NCBI GenBank assembly: GCA_943349945.1
Contig: CALQZS010000001.1
Coordinates: 130,803-194,802 of the forward strand
Direction of reading: 5' to 3'
Length of the DNA stretch: 64,000 nt
From: Candidatus Nomurabacteria bacterium
Lineage (GTDB): Bacteria > Patescibacteriota > Minisyncoccia > Phycocordibacterales > SBAW01
Part shown: positions 44,980 through 54,266 of the stretch, piece after piece
Position numbering within the stretch: position 1 is the stretch's first letter
Layout: every line of letters begins with the position of its first letter
Notes under the pieces: model-generated
Told to the model about the DNA's origin: nothing
Databases searched by the model: none
The model's input: the letters and a program-made list of their open reading frames with translations, nothing else
Program-made: the position numbers and the translations under genes

Positions 44980-46371
44980 TTAGAAATTAATTATCGCGCT
45001 GTCCCCAGCTTCGGGTGCGGTGGCTTTTACCCCCAAGTAGTCGCGCACCCGCTGCACCAAAAACCCCGACGCTGCTGGCTCCCCCATCACCACAAACGCC
45101 TGCTCAAGCACGCCGCCTCCTTGCGGTGGGTTGGCCACACTGTTTACAAACTCAAGCAGCTGTTCGCTGTCCATGTGTGCCGAATAGCCATACATAGCAG
45201 CTACGGTGCAGCGCACCGCCACTTCCTCGCCCCGGATTTCTACTTTTTTTGCACCCTCGATGAGCTTGCGGCCCAAACTCCCCGCAGACTGGTAGCCCAC
45301 AATAAGCAGCGTCGAGTGCTCGTCGGGCAAGAGCGCCGCCTCGTGCGCCACAACCCGGCCGCCGTTGCTCATACCCGAGCCTGCCAAAATAATCTTCGGC
45401 CCCGGTTTGTTACGCATGTTTTCCGACTCGGCAGCACCTTCGACAAACTGCAACTCAGGAAAGTCGAAAATATGCTCGCCTCCTGCAATGCGCTTTTGCA
45501 TCTCGTCGCTAAAGTATTGGGGATGTGCCAGGTAGGCAGCGGTGATTTTTTGTGCCAAGGGTGAGTCCAGATACACCGGCATAGACGGCACGCGTTTTTC
45601 TAAAAAGAGCGAGCGGATTTCAAACAGCAAGTCTTGCGTACGCTCGGTCGAAAACGCAGGGATAAGCAGCGTGCCGCCTTTTGCAGCCACGTTTTCTATA
45701 TGGTTTTCCAATATATCACGCCTGTGTGCATCCTCTTGCCGCACACGGTCTCCGTACACACTCTCGACCACCAGGTGGGCTATGTCCCCCGGGACCTCTG
45801 TCTTGGCCAACAGCGGCGAGTTACCCCCGCCCAAGTCGCCCGTAAAGGCCACCTTGCTGCTGTCTGGCTGCGCCTTGCGGCTGAGCACCGCTATGGCCGA
45901 GCCCAAGATGTGCCCCGCATCAAACAGCTCCAAGGTTACCCCGCCGCCCACATCCTCGAGCTGGTGGTAGGGTATCCCCTTCCATTGCCGCATAGCCTGT
46001 GCGATATCTTTTTCTGTATACAAAGGCTCTTTGCCCAAGCGCTCTGCAGTGCGCGCAGCAAGCTCCATAGCGTCCAGCAAGAGCGGCTCCGCGAGCGCGC
46101 GGGTAGCCTCGGTGGATATAATGGGCCCCCGGAAACCGTCTTTTACTAGTTTGGGGATACGGCCAATATGGTCGATGTGTGCGTGCGTGTTTATAAGCAC
46201 CGACACTTCTGCCGGGTTATACGGAAAAGGGTCCCAGTTGGTGTTTTCGAAAGAGTGCTTGCCCTGGAAGAGCCCACAGTCGACGGCAATTTTGACCTCT
46301 CCTGTATCGAGCAAAAAGTTAGACCCCGTTACCGACCCTGCCCCGCCGTAAAAGTATATGGTTGATTGCAT
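44980..46371 (-). CDS. beta-CASP family MBL-fold ribonuclease (CPSF73/RNase J-like)
   Basis: HxHxDH motif (NTHAHIDHIGRIP) with downstream beta-CASP motifs. 463 aa. Confidence 0.8.
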   Translation of the reverse strand: MQSTIYFYGGAGSVTGSNFLLDTGEVKIAVDCGLFQGKHSFENTNWDPFPYNPAEVSVLINTHAHIDHIGRIPKLVKDGFRGPIISTEATRALAEPLLLDAMELAARTAERLGKEPLYTEKDIAQAMRQWKGIPYHQLEDVGGGVTLELFDAGHILGSAIAVLSRKAQPDSSKVAFTGDLGGGNSPLLAKTEVPGDIAHLVVESVYGDRVRQEDAHRRDILENHIENVAAKGGTLLIPAFSTERTQDLLFEIRSLFLEKRVPSMPVYLDSPLAQKITAAYLAHPQYFSDEMQKRIAGGEHIFDFPELQFVEGAAESENMRNKPGPKIILAGSGMSNGGRVVAHEAALLPDEHSTLLIVGYQSAGSLGRKLIEGAKKVEIRGEEVAVRCTVAAMYGYSAHMDSEQLLEFVNSVANPPQGGGVLEQAFVVMGEPAASGFLVQRVRDYLGVKATAPEAGDSAIINF

Positions 46372-46419
46372 CAGTGCATTATACGTTTTTTACTACCCTT
46401 CGACTATTCTTTAGGCACA

Positions 46420-46457
46420 AAAAAACCCGCACCAGGAGCCCGGTGCGGACTTTTTTC
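46420..46457. terminator. bidirectional rho-independent terminator
   Basis: aaaaaaacccgcaccaggagcccggtgcggacttttttc. Confidence 0.5.
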
Positions 46458-46620
46458 GGACTCCGGAAGCAAGTGTCTACCGTGTATTAGGTGGGTGCTC
46501 TAAGCGGTACACCACGGTGCCCCGCCACAGCGAGCTCCCGGTAGATTCACTTAAGGACATTTGCCTCCGGGGTCCTGCCGCTATTGTATCAAATTTTTAC
46601 TACAATCCCCCACCCCTTCT

Positions 46621-46645
46621 AACCCACAAGTCTGACTTGTGGGTT
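46621..46645. repeat. REP-like palindrome, family B (copy 1)
   Basis: aacccacaagtctgacttgtgggtt, a 10-bp perfect stem (cccacaagtc/gacttgtggg). Confidence 0.65.
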
Positions 46646-46675
46646 TAGGTTTTACCCGAGCTATAATCTATAGAC

Positions 46676-47539
46676 TTATTTTGTCACAGCAGCCTTTCGC
46701 ATATATACAGAGACGTCTCCATATACGCCCCCAAGCAATGCTCCATCTTTTCCTGATGCCACCAGAAGTTCTATGTTTTTATCTTTAAGGGCAGCAAGAA
46801 TTGCATCGCCACGCACATCTCCCAGTGTGGCGTACATGCGACGAAATGCCTCAAAATCTTTAATAAAACAATCGCCCCCAGCCCCACGTCCTCCACTATG
46901 TACAGGGTTAGTGTGGCTAGCACCGACACGAGGGTCATGCACCAACGCATCGCGCACTCCTTCCCAGTCTCCTCCTTTCGCTTGCACCAGGTCATAGAGC
47001 AAGTTAGTAAACATGACTTTGGTGTATAAAAAACAATTGCCTGCATATTTGACCAACTCTGCATCACAGGCCAAAAGTATACGCGCGTACGGCGCCTCAG
47101 GCAGCACACTAAGCACTGCGCGGGCTTTTTCTTGGTACACAGCAGAGTCTACGGGGATTCCTACAATATTACGATGAGGGTGCGCTGCATCATGCGCCGC
47201 CGTAGCCTCGGTCAAAAACTCAGGGCTGTGTAGCACAAAAATGTCAGGGTATATTTGCTGAAACATCTCTGTCGTGCCTGGCAGTATGGTTGACTTAATG
47301 ACCGCCACTTTTCCTTTGCCCACAAGAGGCAGTACGCGCGCAATAATGGAGCTGTCGAACCCCTCTGGAGTGGTAGGGGTTGGCACCGCAATAAACACAA
47401 TGTCGCACCGGGCTATACGATCTTTGTTTGCTCGATATGGCTCTTCAAGCGCGTAACGTACAACCGTATAGCCACGGTTTTCAAAATCATCTGCATAATG
47501 TCTGCCGATCCACCCCTGCCCAATAAATCCTATGTGCAT
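46676..47539 (-). CDS. nucleotide-sugar dehydrogenase family protein (UDP-glucose/GDP-mannose dehydrogenase-like, short)
   Basis: N-terminal Rossmann fold (GFIGQGWIGRHYA) and the catalytic-Cys motif GGDCFIKD (compare GGSCFPKD). It is bracketed by family-B REPs. Confidence 0.6.
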   Translation of the reverse strand: MHIGFIGQGWIGRHYADDFENRGYTVVRYALEEPYRANKDRIARCDIVFIAVPTPTTPEGFDSSIIARVLPLVGKGKVAVIKSTILPGTTEMFQQIYPDIFVLHSPEFLTEATAAHDAAHPHRNIVGIPVDSAVYQEKARAVLSVLPEAPYARILLACDAELVKYAGNCFLYTKVMFTNLLYDLVQAKGGDWEGVRDALVHDPRVGASHTNPVHSGGRGAGGDCFIKDFEAFRRMYATLGDVRGDAILAALKDKNIELLVASGKDGALLGGVYGDVSVYMRKAAVTK

Positions 47540-47596
47540 TCCCTAGTAACTCGACGACTGAACACAAAGTTACTCGTCGACACCAAACCAGTGTCC

Positions 47597-47621
47597 AACC
47601 CACAAGTCAGACTTGTGGGTT
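47597..47621. repeat. REP-like palindrome, family B (copy 2)
   Basis: aacccacaagtcagacttgtgggtt, 2 nt from the RAYT stop. Confidence 0.65.
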
Positions 47622-47622
47622 A

Positions 47623-48321
47623 TTATTCCAGAATCGCCAAACTGCTCAATTCTGGCACACGTCCCAAGATTAAATCTTGAGCATTCGTACGAAAATCTGC
47701 CGGTGAACAAAATATTTCTGCGAGAATATCCTTTTCAACAACTGCCGCATATATAGAGTTTTCTCCAGCATACTCTTTTAAGCTCGAAAAAGGATACGTA
47801 TCGACAGCCCACTTCCACGCCTCATTAAAATTTTTTGCAGCAGTCACATATCCCCCTGGATATAATTCGAACACATTTTTTACTACTATATACGGGACCA
47901 CGTAACGCAAATGTCGGTCTGTCTCAACTGTACGACTACGATATGCACCTTGGAAAATACTACCTCGCTCACTATATTTTTCGTTAAAATATCGGGACAT
48001 ACTGCCACAAACACTTTGCATAAATCGCGCCACCCCTCTTTCTTGAGTTTCTTTAAGCAAAAGGTGGAAATGGTTCGGCATCAACGTCCAAGCAAGTACC
48101 TTTACTAATGGTCGACGTTCTGGCCAAACAGCAGGGCGTTCAAACATTCCCAGATCACAAATATCTCTCTCCCAAAAATCGGAGCGATGTTCGTCGTTTA
48201 AATAATAAAGGAGTTTTACAAAACGCCGCTTATCAGCCTCATCACGAGTGATAGGCATGCCGCGCGCTCCGCGTTTAACAACATGAACAAAAGAACCCAC
48301 TTCATGAGGTTCCACTCTCAT
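47623..48321 (-). CDS. REP-associated tyrosine transposase-like (RAYT, IS200/IS605-family Y1 HUH) protein, second paralog
   Basis: HUH motif WTLMPNHFHLLL. Divergent paralog of the gene at 3876. Confidence 0.75.
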   Translation of the reverse strand: MRVEPHEVGSFVHVVKRGARGMPITRDEADKRRFVKLLYYLNDEHRSDFWERDICDLGMFERPAVWPERRPLVKVLAWTLMPNHFHLLLKETQERGVARFMQSVCGSMSRYFNEKYSERGSIFQGAYRSRTVETDRHLRYVVPYIVVKNVFELYPGGYVTAAKNFNEAWKWAVDTYPFSSLKEYAGENSIYAAVVEKDILAEIFCSPADFRTNAQDLILGRVPELSSLAILE

Positions 48322-48346
48322 ACCCTTATAGTAGCCCCAAAATCTA

Positions 48347-48370
48347 AACCCACAAGTCAGACTTGTGGGT
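48347..48370. repeat. REP-like palindrome, family B (copy 3)
   Basis: aacccacaagtcagacttgtgggt, 26 nt upstream of the RAYT start. Confidence 0.65.
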
Positions 48371-48377
48371 GCAAAAA

Positions 48378-48962
48378 CTACTCGTCGATGCCGAAGCGCT
48401 TGTACTTGAAGATGGTTTGTTTACCAAACCAGTGCTCGATTTCGTGCTTTGCTTCCTCTGGAGTCTCAGACGCATGGACCAAGTTGTAGACTGCGCGTTT
48501 TTCGATGTTTGCAGAAATAGCAGAGTCTGCCGAGTAGTCGCCGCGGATGGTGCCCATCTCTGCCAAGTACGGCATAGTAGGCCCCACGATTTTGCGCACC
48601 ATGTCCACCGCGTGCACGCCCTGCACCACCATCTTGACCATAGGGGCCGAGATCATAAAGTCGATAAGCCAGCCGCGTACCACTTTACCAATTTTAAGAA
48701 GGTCGTCGGTACCAAAGTCTTTTTTCACATCATGTCCGTACTTTTGGTAGGTGCCGGTTGTCTTTTCGCCAATGCGCTTGAGCCACGCCTCGTCTTTGGG
48801 ATAGTGTTTGTCCATCTCGGCCTTAGACGGCTGGAACATCTCTAGAGCTACGACTTTGAGGTCGCGCTGCTCCATGCGTTTAATGATCTCGCCCGTGAGC
48901 CCTTTGCGTACGCCGTCGGGCTTTATGAGCACAAAAGTTTTTTCCTCCTTGGGATGTTGCAT
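48378..48962 (-). CDS. ndk: nucleoside diphosphate kinase
   Basis: Start at ATG 48960-48962 (MQHPKEEKTFVLIKPDGV...). The NDK active-site His region is present. Confidence 0.85.
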   Translation of the reverse strand: MQHPKEEKTFVLIKPDGVRKGLTGEIIKRMEQRDLKVVALEMFQPSKAEMDKHYPKDEAWLKRIGEKTTGTYQKYGHDVKKDFGTDDLLKIGKVVRGWLIDFMISAPMVKMVVQGVHAVDMVRKIVGPTMPYLAEMGTIRGDYSADSAISANIEKRAVYNLVHASETPEEAKHEIEHWFGKQTIFKYKRFGIDE

Positions 48963-48999
48963 GCGAGCACTATACAATAGTATGTAAGATTTTGCAATA

Positions 49000-49764
49000 T
49001 CAAAACGGCGTCAACACCTCGCACCCGTCTTTTGTCACCATCAGCGTTTGCTCAAACTCAGTACTGCGCAAACCGTCGCGCGTGTGGTAGGTCCACTCGT
49101 CTTTTGCCAAGGTGATGTGCGGCTTACCCTCGCAAAAAATAGGCTCTATGGCGATGATTAACCCTTCTTTAAGAATCTCCCCCGTGCCCGCCTCCCCTTC
49201 GTTTGGTATGTAGGGTTTTTCGTGCGGGACTTTACCCAGCGCGTGGCCCCCTAGGTCTTTTGCAATAGTAAAGTTGTATTTGCGGGCAACACGCTCGATA
49301 GCCGCACCGATGTCGCCCACATGCGCACCCGCTTTGACCACCTTGAGCGCCTCGGCAAGCGCCTCGCGCGAGGCATTAAGGAGCTTCATCCCCTCTGCAT
49401 CTACCGCGCCCACCGGCACCGTCAGCGCTGCGTCGGCAAAAAAGCCATTGTAAGAAACCCCAAGGTCGAGCATCACCAAGTCGCCGTCTTTGACTACCTT
49501 GTCTTCTGTGGGGATGCCGTGCACCACTTCGTCGTTTATAGAAACACACAGCACGGCAGGAAACGGGTACGCAGCCCCGCTTGGTTTGTAGTTTAAAAAC
49601 GCGGGCTTGCCACCCTGCTCTTGTATGATGCGCTCGGCAGCCAAGTCGAGCTCCGCAGCAGTGACCCCAGGCACCACCAGCTTTGCCGTCTCGGTGAGCG
49701 CATGCGCCAAGATGCTGCCTGCTTTGCGCAAATTATCTATGTCTGACTGGGCGGTTGCTATCAT
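49000..49764 (-). CDS. map: type I methionine aminopeptidase
   Basis: 254 aa, MetAP type I metal-binding residues. Confidence 0.9.
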   Translation of the reverse strand: MIATAQSDIDNLRKAGSILAHALTETAKLVVPGVTAAELDLAAERIIQEQGGKPAFLNYKPSGAAYPFPAVLCVSINDEVVHGIPTEDKVVKDGDLVMLDLGVSYNGFFADAALTVPVGAVDAEGMKLLNASREALAEALKVVKAGAHVGDIGAAIERVARKYNFTIAKDLGGHALGKVPHEKPYIPNEGEAGTGEILKEGLIIAIEPIFCEGKPHITLAKDEWTYHTRDGLRSTEFEQTLMVTKDGCEVLTPF

Positions 49765-49767
49765 AGT

Positions 49768-50367
49768 CTACGCGAGCCCTAGTTTGGCCAAAATGTCGGC
49801 GTGGATTGCTTCGACAGTGCGCTCGCCGTCTATGTCGACCACACGGTACAGTGGGTTTGCACGGAACCACTCGATGTTAGGCATCGTATCTTTGCGCGAC
49901 CAAGCAAGCCGTTTGCGGATACTCTCTTCGGTGTCGTCATGGCGGCCGCGCTTAAGCAGCCGGGCAACTGCCTCGTCGTCCGAAATGTTGATGCACACCA
50001 CCGTAGGCATGTCGCGTTTATAAAACTCCACCAAGGCCGAGTCCAGCGTAGGCACCTGTGTGGCCGTGCGCGGAAAGCCGTCGATGATCAAATCCTCCTC
50101 TCCGGTGTGCATAGTGTCCATCAGATATTGTGCAAACAAACTTGCACTTATGGCGTACGGTATCAAACCACCCTGCTGCAATATTTCATTCGTTAGCCGC
50201 CCCGTGTAGTCGTCTTTTGTAGCAAGCTCGCGCAGCTGTTTGCCCATCTCGAAGTGGACTATTTTGCGCGTCGCATCTTGCGCCACCATTGCCTCTTTAA
50301 GCAGCTGTATTTGCGTCCCCTTGCCCGAGCCTTGTGGCCCTAAAAAAATTGCAGTGAGTTTGTTCAT
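49768..50367 (-). CDS. adk: adenylate kinase
   Basis: P-loop GPQGSGKGTQ. 199 aa. Confidence 0.9.
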   Translation of the reverse strand: MNKLTAIFLGPQGSGKGTQIQLLKEAMVAQDATRKIVHFEMGKQLRELATKDDYTGRLTNEILQQGGLIPYAISASLFAQYLMDTMHTGEEDLIIDGFPRTATQVPTLDSALVEFYKRDMPTVVCINISDDEAVARLLKRGRHDDTEESIRKRLAWSRKDTMPNIEWFRANPLYRVVDIDGERTVEAIHADILAKLGLA

Positions 50368-50966
50368 GCGTGTATATTGTACCCTTCTTTTTCAAGAATA
50401 GAGATCGTTGCCAGGACGGCATCTTCTAATTTACCGTTTGCGTTTACGACCTCATAATCATAAAAAGATCGCTCATCGCGCACCTCACTCACTGCATTTT
50501 CGTATCTTTTTGCGATTTCCTCCTCCGACATTTCTGGATTGCGGGCACGAAGCCGTGCTGGCAACTCATTTAAATCACCTGGCAAAATAAAAATGGTAGT
50601 TGCGTTGTAGCGCTCTTTATAAAACTTCGCCCCTACAATATCAGGGTTCACTAGGACAATGTTTCCTTTTGCTAATTTATCTGCCAAATCTGGCCCATAG
50701 GCGCCGTAGTACGTATCTCGATTTTCAATATACGTTACTTCAAGTATCTCTCCTGCTTGCTGTTTTTGTAAAAAATCTTCTTTGCTAAAAAAATAGTAGT
50801 CTTTACCATGTTCTTCTCCGGCGCGAGGAGTGCGCGTGGTTGCCGTAACTAGTCGGGCAGCATTTGGGCATCTATCGATTATCGCTTTTGTGATAGTGCT
50901 CTCGCCGCTCCCGGTCGGCCCTGCTATCACCGCAATCTGTTTTGGTTTAGCAGTAGGAATAGTCAT
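50364..50966 (-). CDS. gmk: guanylate kinase-like P-loop kinase
   Basis: P-loop GPTGSGEST and a TTRTPRAGEEHGKDYYF motif. Confidence 0.7.
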   Translation of the reverse strand: MTIPTAKPKQIAVIAGPTGSGESTITKAIIDRCPNAARLVTATTRTPRAGEEHGKDYYFFSKEDFLQKQQAGEILEVTYIENRDTYYGAYGPDLADKLAKGNIVLVNPDIVGAKFYKERYNATTIFILPGDLNELPARLRARNPEMSEEEIAKRYENAVSEVRDERSFYDYEVVNANGKLEDAVLATISILEKEGYNIHA

Positions 50967-50976
50967 GACAATAGTG

Positions 50977-52248
50977 TTAGTACTCCCGGATGGAGATTTG
51001 CGCGTCGATACGACGCGAGAGGTCGAGCACCACCGACACTACGATGAGCAGCGCGGTACCGCCCAAGGTAAGCGACTGGATGCCTGTGAGTGACTGCATA
51101 GCGATTGGCAAGACAGCGATAAGACCCAAGAAGAATGCTCCTACGAAGGTGATGCGGGTGATGACTTTGCTCAAGTGGTCGACCGTCGAGCTGCCTGGTC
51201 GGACACCTGGCACAAAGGCGCCGTTTTTCTGCAAGTTTTCTGCTATTTGGTGCGGGTCGAAGGTTACTGCGGTGTAGAAGTACGTAAAGAAGAACACCAA
51301 GGTAAAGTATAGGAGTCCGTAGATGCCTAGGTGCTGCAAGGCTTGAAGTACAAAATTGGCAGCCTGCGCCACCCACACCAAAGATGAGGTAGCAAAAAAG
51401 GTAGCCACCATTTGCGGCACCAACAAAAGCGACAAGGCGAAGATGATTGGGATAACGCCAGCCTGGTTAAGGCGCAGTGGCAAGTAAGTTGCAGAGCCGC
51501 CAAAAGTCTTCATCCCGCGTACCTGCTTGGCGTACGTAACAGGGACAGGACGCTCTGCTTCGGTAACCACCACCACAGCGGCCACCACGGCCACTGCAGC
51601 CGCTATAAACGCCAAGTATATAGGCAGCTGTGACGGTACAAAAGAGAACAGCGCTTGGCTCACGGTACTTGGCAAGCTTGCGACGATGCCGCCGAAGATA
51701 ATAACCGAGACACCATTGCCCAACCCAAATTCAGAAATAAGCTCGCCCAGCCACATTAGGAACATCGACCCTGCCACCACCACCAAGAGGTTAACCCCAA
51801 ATTGGAAGGCGCTGAGGTCTGGCAACACGCCTTGGCGCTCCAAAATAAGCAAAAAGCTGATGCCTTGCAGCACCGCGAGCGGCAACGACAGCATGCGTGT
51901 GTATTGGCTAAAGCGTTGGCGTCCTGCCTCACCCTCTTCTTGATAGAGCTGTTTGAGGCGCGGCACCATGATGGTCGACACCTGCATGATGATGGACGCG
52001 GTGATGTATGGCCCAACGCCAAGCAGCACTATAGACAAGTTGGCGAGCCCACCGCCAGAGAATAGGTTAAGTAGGCCAAAAAATTGGTTGCTTGCAAAAA
52101 AAGCTTGGAGCTGCAGTGTGTCTATACCTGGCACTGGCATTGCCGCCAACAGACGAAACACGGCGAGTACTCCCACCACAAACAGCAATCGGTTGCGGAG
52201 TGACCGGTCTGCAAACAAGAGTTTGAGTTTTTGACTAAAAGTACCCAT
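50977..52248 (-). CDS. secY: preprotein translocase subunit SecY
   Basis: 423 aa, 10 TM segments, in the canonical position after rplO. Confidence 0.95.
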   Translation of the reverse strand: MGTFSQKLKLLFADRSLRNRLLFVVGVLAVFRLLAAMPVPGIDTLQLQAFFASNQFFGLLNLFSGGGLANLSIVLLGVGPYITASIIMQVSTIMVPRLKQLYQEEGEAGRQRFSQYTRMLSLPLAVLQGISFLLILERQGVLPDLSAFQFGVNLLVVVAGSMFLMWLGELISEFGLGNGVSVIIFGGIVASLPSTVSQALFSFVPSQLPIYLAFIAAAVAVVAAVVVVTEAERPVPVTYAKQVRGMKTFGGSATYLPLRLNQAGVIPIIFALSLLLVPQMVATFFATSSLVWVAQAANFVLQALQHLGIYGLLYFTLVFFFTYFYTAVTFDPHQIAENLQKNGAFVPGVRPGSSTVDHLSKVITRITFVGAFFLGLIAVLPIAMQSLTGIQSLTLGGTALLIVVSVVLDLSRRIDAQISIREY

Positions 52249-52277
52249 TAGATATTGGTGGGGCCAGTGACCCCGAA

Positions 52278-52718
52278 CTATGCTACCGAACCGCCCGCTG
52301 CTTCTATCTTTGTCTTTGCACTTGCCGACACCACACAGCCCGAGATGTTTAGTTTTTTGGCAAGCTCGCCATCGCCCAAGATCTTAACGACTGGTGCAGA
52401 TTTTTTCGGCGTACGCACCAACCCACGTTCTACCAAAACACTAGGAGTTATAGTATCACCTGCAGCGAATGCTGCATTAAGAGCCGCCACGTTTACTACC
52501 AATGGCTTGTTTTGGATACTTATCAAACCTTGGATACCACGACCACGGAGTTTAGGAATCTTCTTGAGCTGCTCGCGGATGTCTGGGCGGATAGAGTGGC
52601 CTGCGCGCGCCTTCTGACCCTTGGTGCCGCGACCCGAAGTCTTACCACGCCCACCACCGCGGCCCACGCGCTTTGCGGTTTTGTTTGGGGTTGCTCGTTT
52701 AAGTTCGTGAAGTTGCAT
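52278..52718 (-). CDS. rplO: 50S ribosomal protein L15
   Basis: Gly/Arg-rich N-terminus, typical of L15. Confidence 0.9.
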   Translation of the reverse strand: MQLHELKRATPNKTAKRVGRGGGRGKTSGRGTKGQKARAGHSIRPDIREQLKKIPKLRGRGIQGLISIQNKPLVVNVAALNAAFAAGDTITPSVLVERGLVRTPKKSAPVVKILGDGELAKKLNISGCVVSASAKTKIEAAGGSVA

Positions 52719-52727
52719 ATAAATTTT

Positions 52728-53360
52728 TTACGCCTTGAGTTTTTTAAGCGCCTCAATTGCTGCACGCGCGTTGTTGAGTCCGTTTTTACTGCCCGAGTGG
52801 ACTTTCGCAACCACGTTGGTTACACCCGCAAGCTCAAGCACTGGACGCACCGACGAACCTGCCACCAAACCGCGACCATGCGCTGGCATCATAGAGATGC
52901 GTGCGGCGCAGTACTTTGCCTCGGTTTCGTGTGTGATTGAGTTGTCCTTGGTAAGCGCCACAGTGATCATGTGCTTTTTTGCATCACGCACTGCTTTGTC
53001 TATAGCCAAGGTAGTGTCCCCTGCTTTGCCAAGACCCACACCTACTTTGCCTTTTTTGTTGCCGATAATAATCGCAACCGAGAAAGAGAAGCGGCGACCG
53101 CCGGCGACCACACGCGACACGCGACGGATGGTGATCATCTTTTGGTCAAACTCGCTGCGCGCACGTGGAGGGCGAGACGAGGCACGGTTTGGACGGCCAC
53201 CACGCTCGCCGCCGCGGCCACGCAAAGGGCGGTTTGCACCACGGCGGTCTTCTGGGGCTGCAGGTGCTGCAGGCACAGCCGCAGCCTCTGCCACAGCAGC
53301 AGGCTCCGCGGCAAGCGGTGCAGTCTCTTCGATTATGTCTTTTTCTGTTTCCATATGCAT
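52728..53360 (-). CDS. rpsE: 30S ribosomal protein S5 (with Ala/Pro/Arg-rich N-terminal extension)
   Basis: S5 dsRBD and C-terminal domain. No L30 gene lies between this gene and rplO. Confidence 0.9.
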   Translation of the reverse strand: MHMETEKDIIEETAPLAAEPAAVAEAAAVPAAPAAPEDRRGANRPLRGRGGERGGRPNRASSRPPRARSEFDQKMITIRRVSRVVAGGRRFSFSVAIIIGNKKGKVGVGLGKAGDTTLAIDKAVRDAKKHMITVALTKDNSITHETEAKYCAARISMMPAHGRGLVAGSSVRPVLELAGVTNVVAKVHSGSKNGLNNARAAIEALKKLKA

Positions 53361-53719
53361 TAAAATTTCAACCCGCCCTCTCGTGCTGCCTCTGCTACTG
53401 CTGCAACTCGGCCAGTATAGCGGAAACCGCCTCGGTCGAACACCACCGACTCAATACCTGCAGCTTTTGCCTTTTTGGCCAACTCCGCACCAAGCGCTTT
53501 TGCAGCTTCGCCTTTTTTTGCGGCCACCTTTGCACCTACCTCTTTGGTGCTGCCTGCTACCAAGGTTTTGCCTGCAGCGTCGTCGATAATTTGCGCATGA
53601 ACGTAGCGGTTAGACTTGTATACCGCCAAACGTGGGCGCGCTGCCGTACCCACCACGCTCTTGCGGATGCGGTTGTGTCGACGCTCTCGTCCTAATTGTT
53701 TTTTGCTTGCGGTATTCAT
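53360..53719 (-). CDS. rplR: 50S ribosomal protein L18
   Basis: 119 aa. Confidence 0.9.
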   Translation of the reverse strand: MNTASKKQLGRERRHNRIRKSVVGTAARPRLAVYKSNRYVHAQIIDDAAGKTLVAGSTKEVGAKVAAKKGEAAKALGAELAKKAKAAGIESVVFDRGGFRYTGRVAAVAEAAREGGLKF

Positions 53720-53725
53720 ACTAGT

Positions 53726-54259
53726 TTATGCGGTCTTTTTACCTTGTTTGCGGCGGATAACCTCGCCATCATAGCGGATGCCTTTACCTTTGTACGGCTC
53801 TGGTTTTTTGAGTGCGCGCACATTTGCAGCAAACTGCCCGACCATCTCTTTGTCAAAGCCCGAAATAGTAAGTGCGTTCTTCTCGGCAACCACGGTCAAT
53901 CCTTCTGGGATTGCCATAGTTACGGGGTGAGAAAACCCAAGAGACAAATTAAGTGTCTTGCCCGACACATCCCACTTAAAGCCCACACCTTCGACAATGA
54001 GCTTTTTTGCAAAACCCTCTGTAACCCCGTGCAACATGTTGCGCACGTGTGATGCGTAGGTGCCCAAGGCTGCACGCGCTTCGATAGAGGTGCCTTTAGG
54101 GCTCACCTGCACGCCTTCTGGAGTCACCTCGATAGCAATAAGGCGGTGACCACGCTTCTCTAGCGTGCCTTTAGGGCCTTTGACGCGGATGTCCCCTTCC
54201 GAAACGGTAATTTCGGCTTGTTTGGGAATTGCGATTGGTCGTTTTGCTAAGCGTGACAT
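53726..54259 (-). CDS. rplF: 50S ribosomal protein L6
   Basis: Start MSRLAKRPIAIP at 54257-54259. Confidence 0.9.
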   Translation of the reverse strand: MSRLAKRPIAIPKQAEITVSEGDIRVKGPKGTLEKRGHRLIAIEVTPEGVQVSPKGTSIEARAALGTYASHVRNMLHGVTEGFAKKLIVEGVGFKWDVSGKTLNLSLGFSHPVTMAIPEGLTVVAEKNALTISGFDKEMVGQFAANVRALKKPEPYKGKGIRYDGEVIRRKQGKKTA

Positions 54260-54266
54260 ATATTTT

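Noticed and set aside
46461-46555. SRP (4.5S/ffs) RNA
   Set aside because: The long-hairpin architecture fits, but the conserved domain IV sequence (GGAA tetraloop with the AGCAGC/GGCAG internal loops) is missing.
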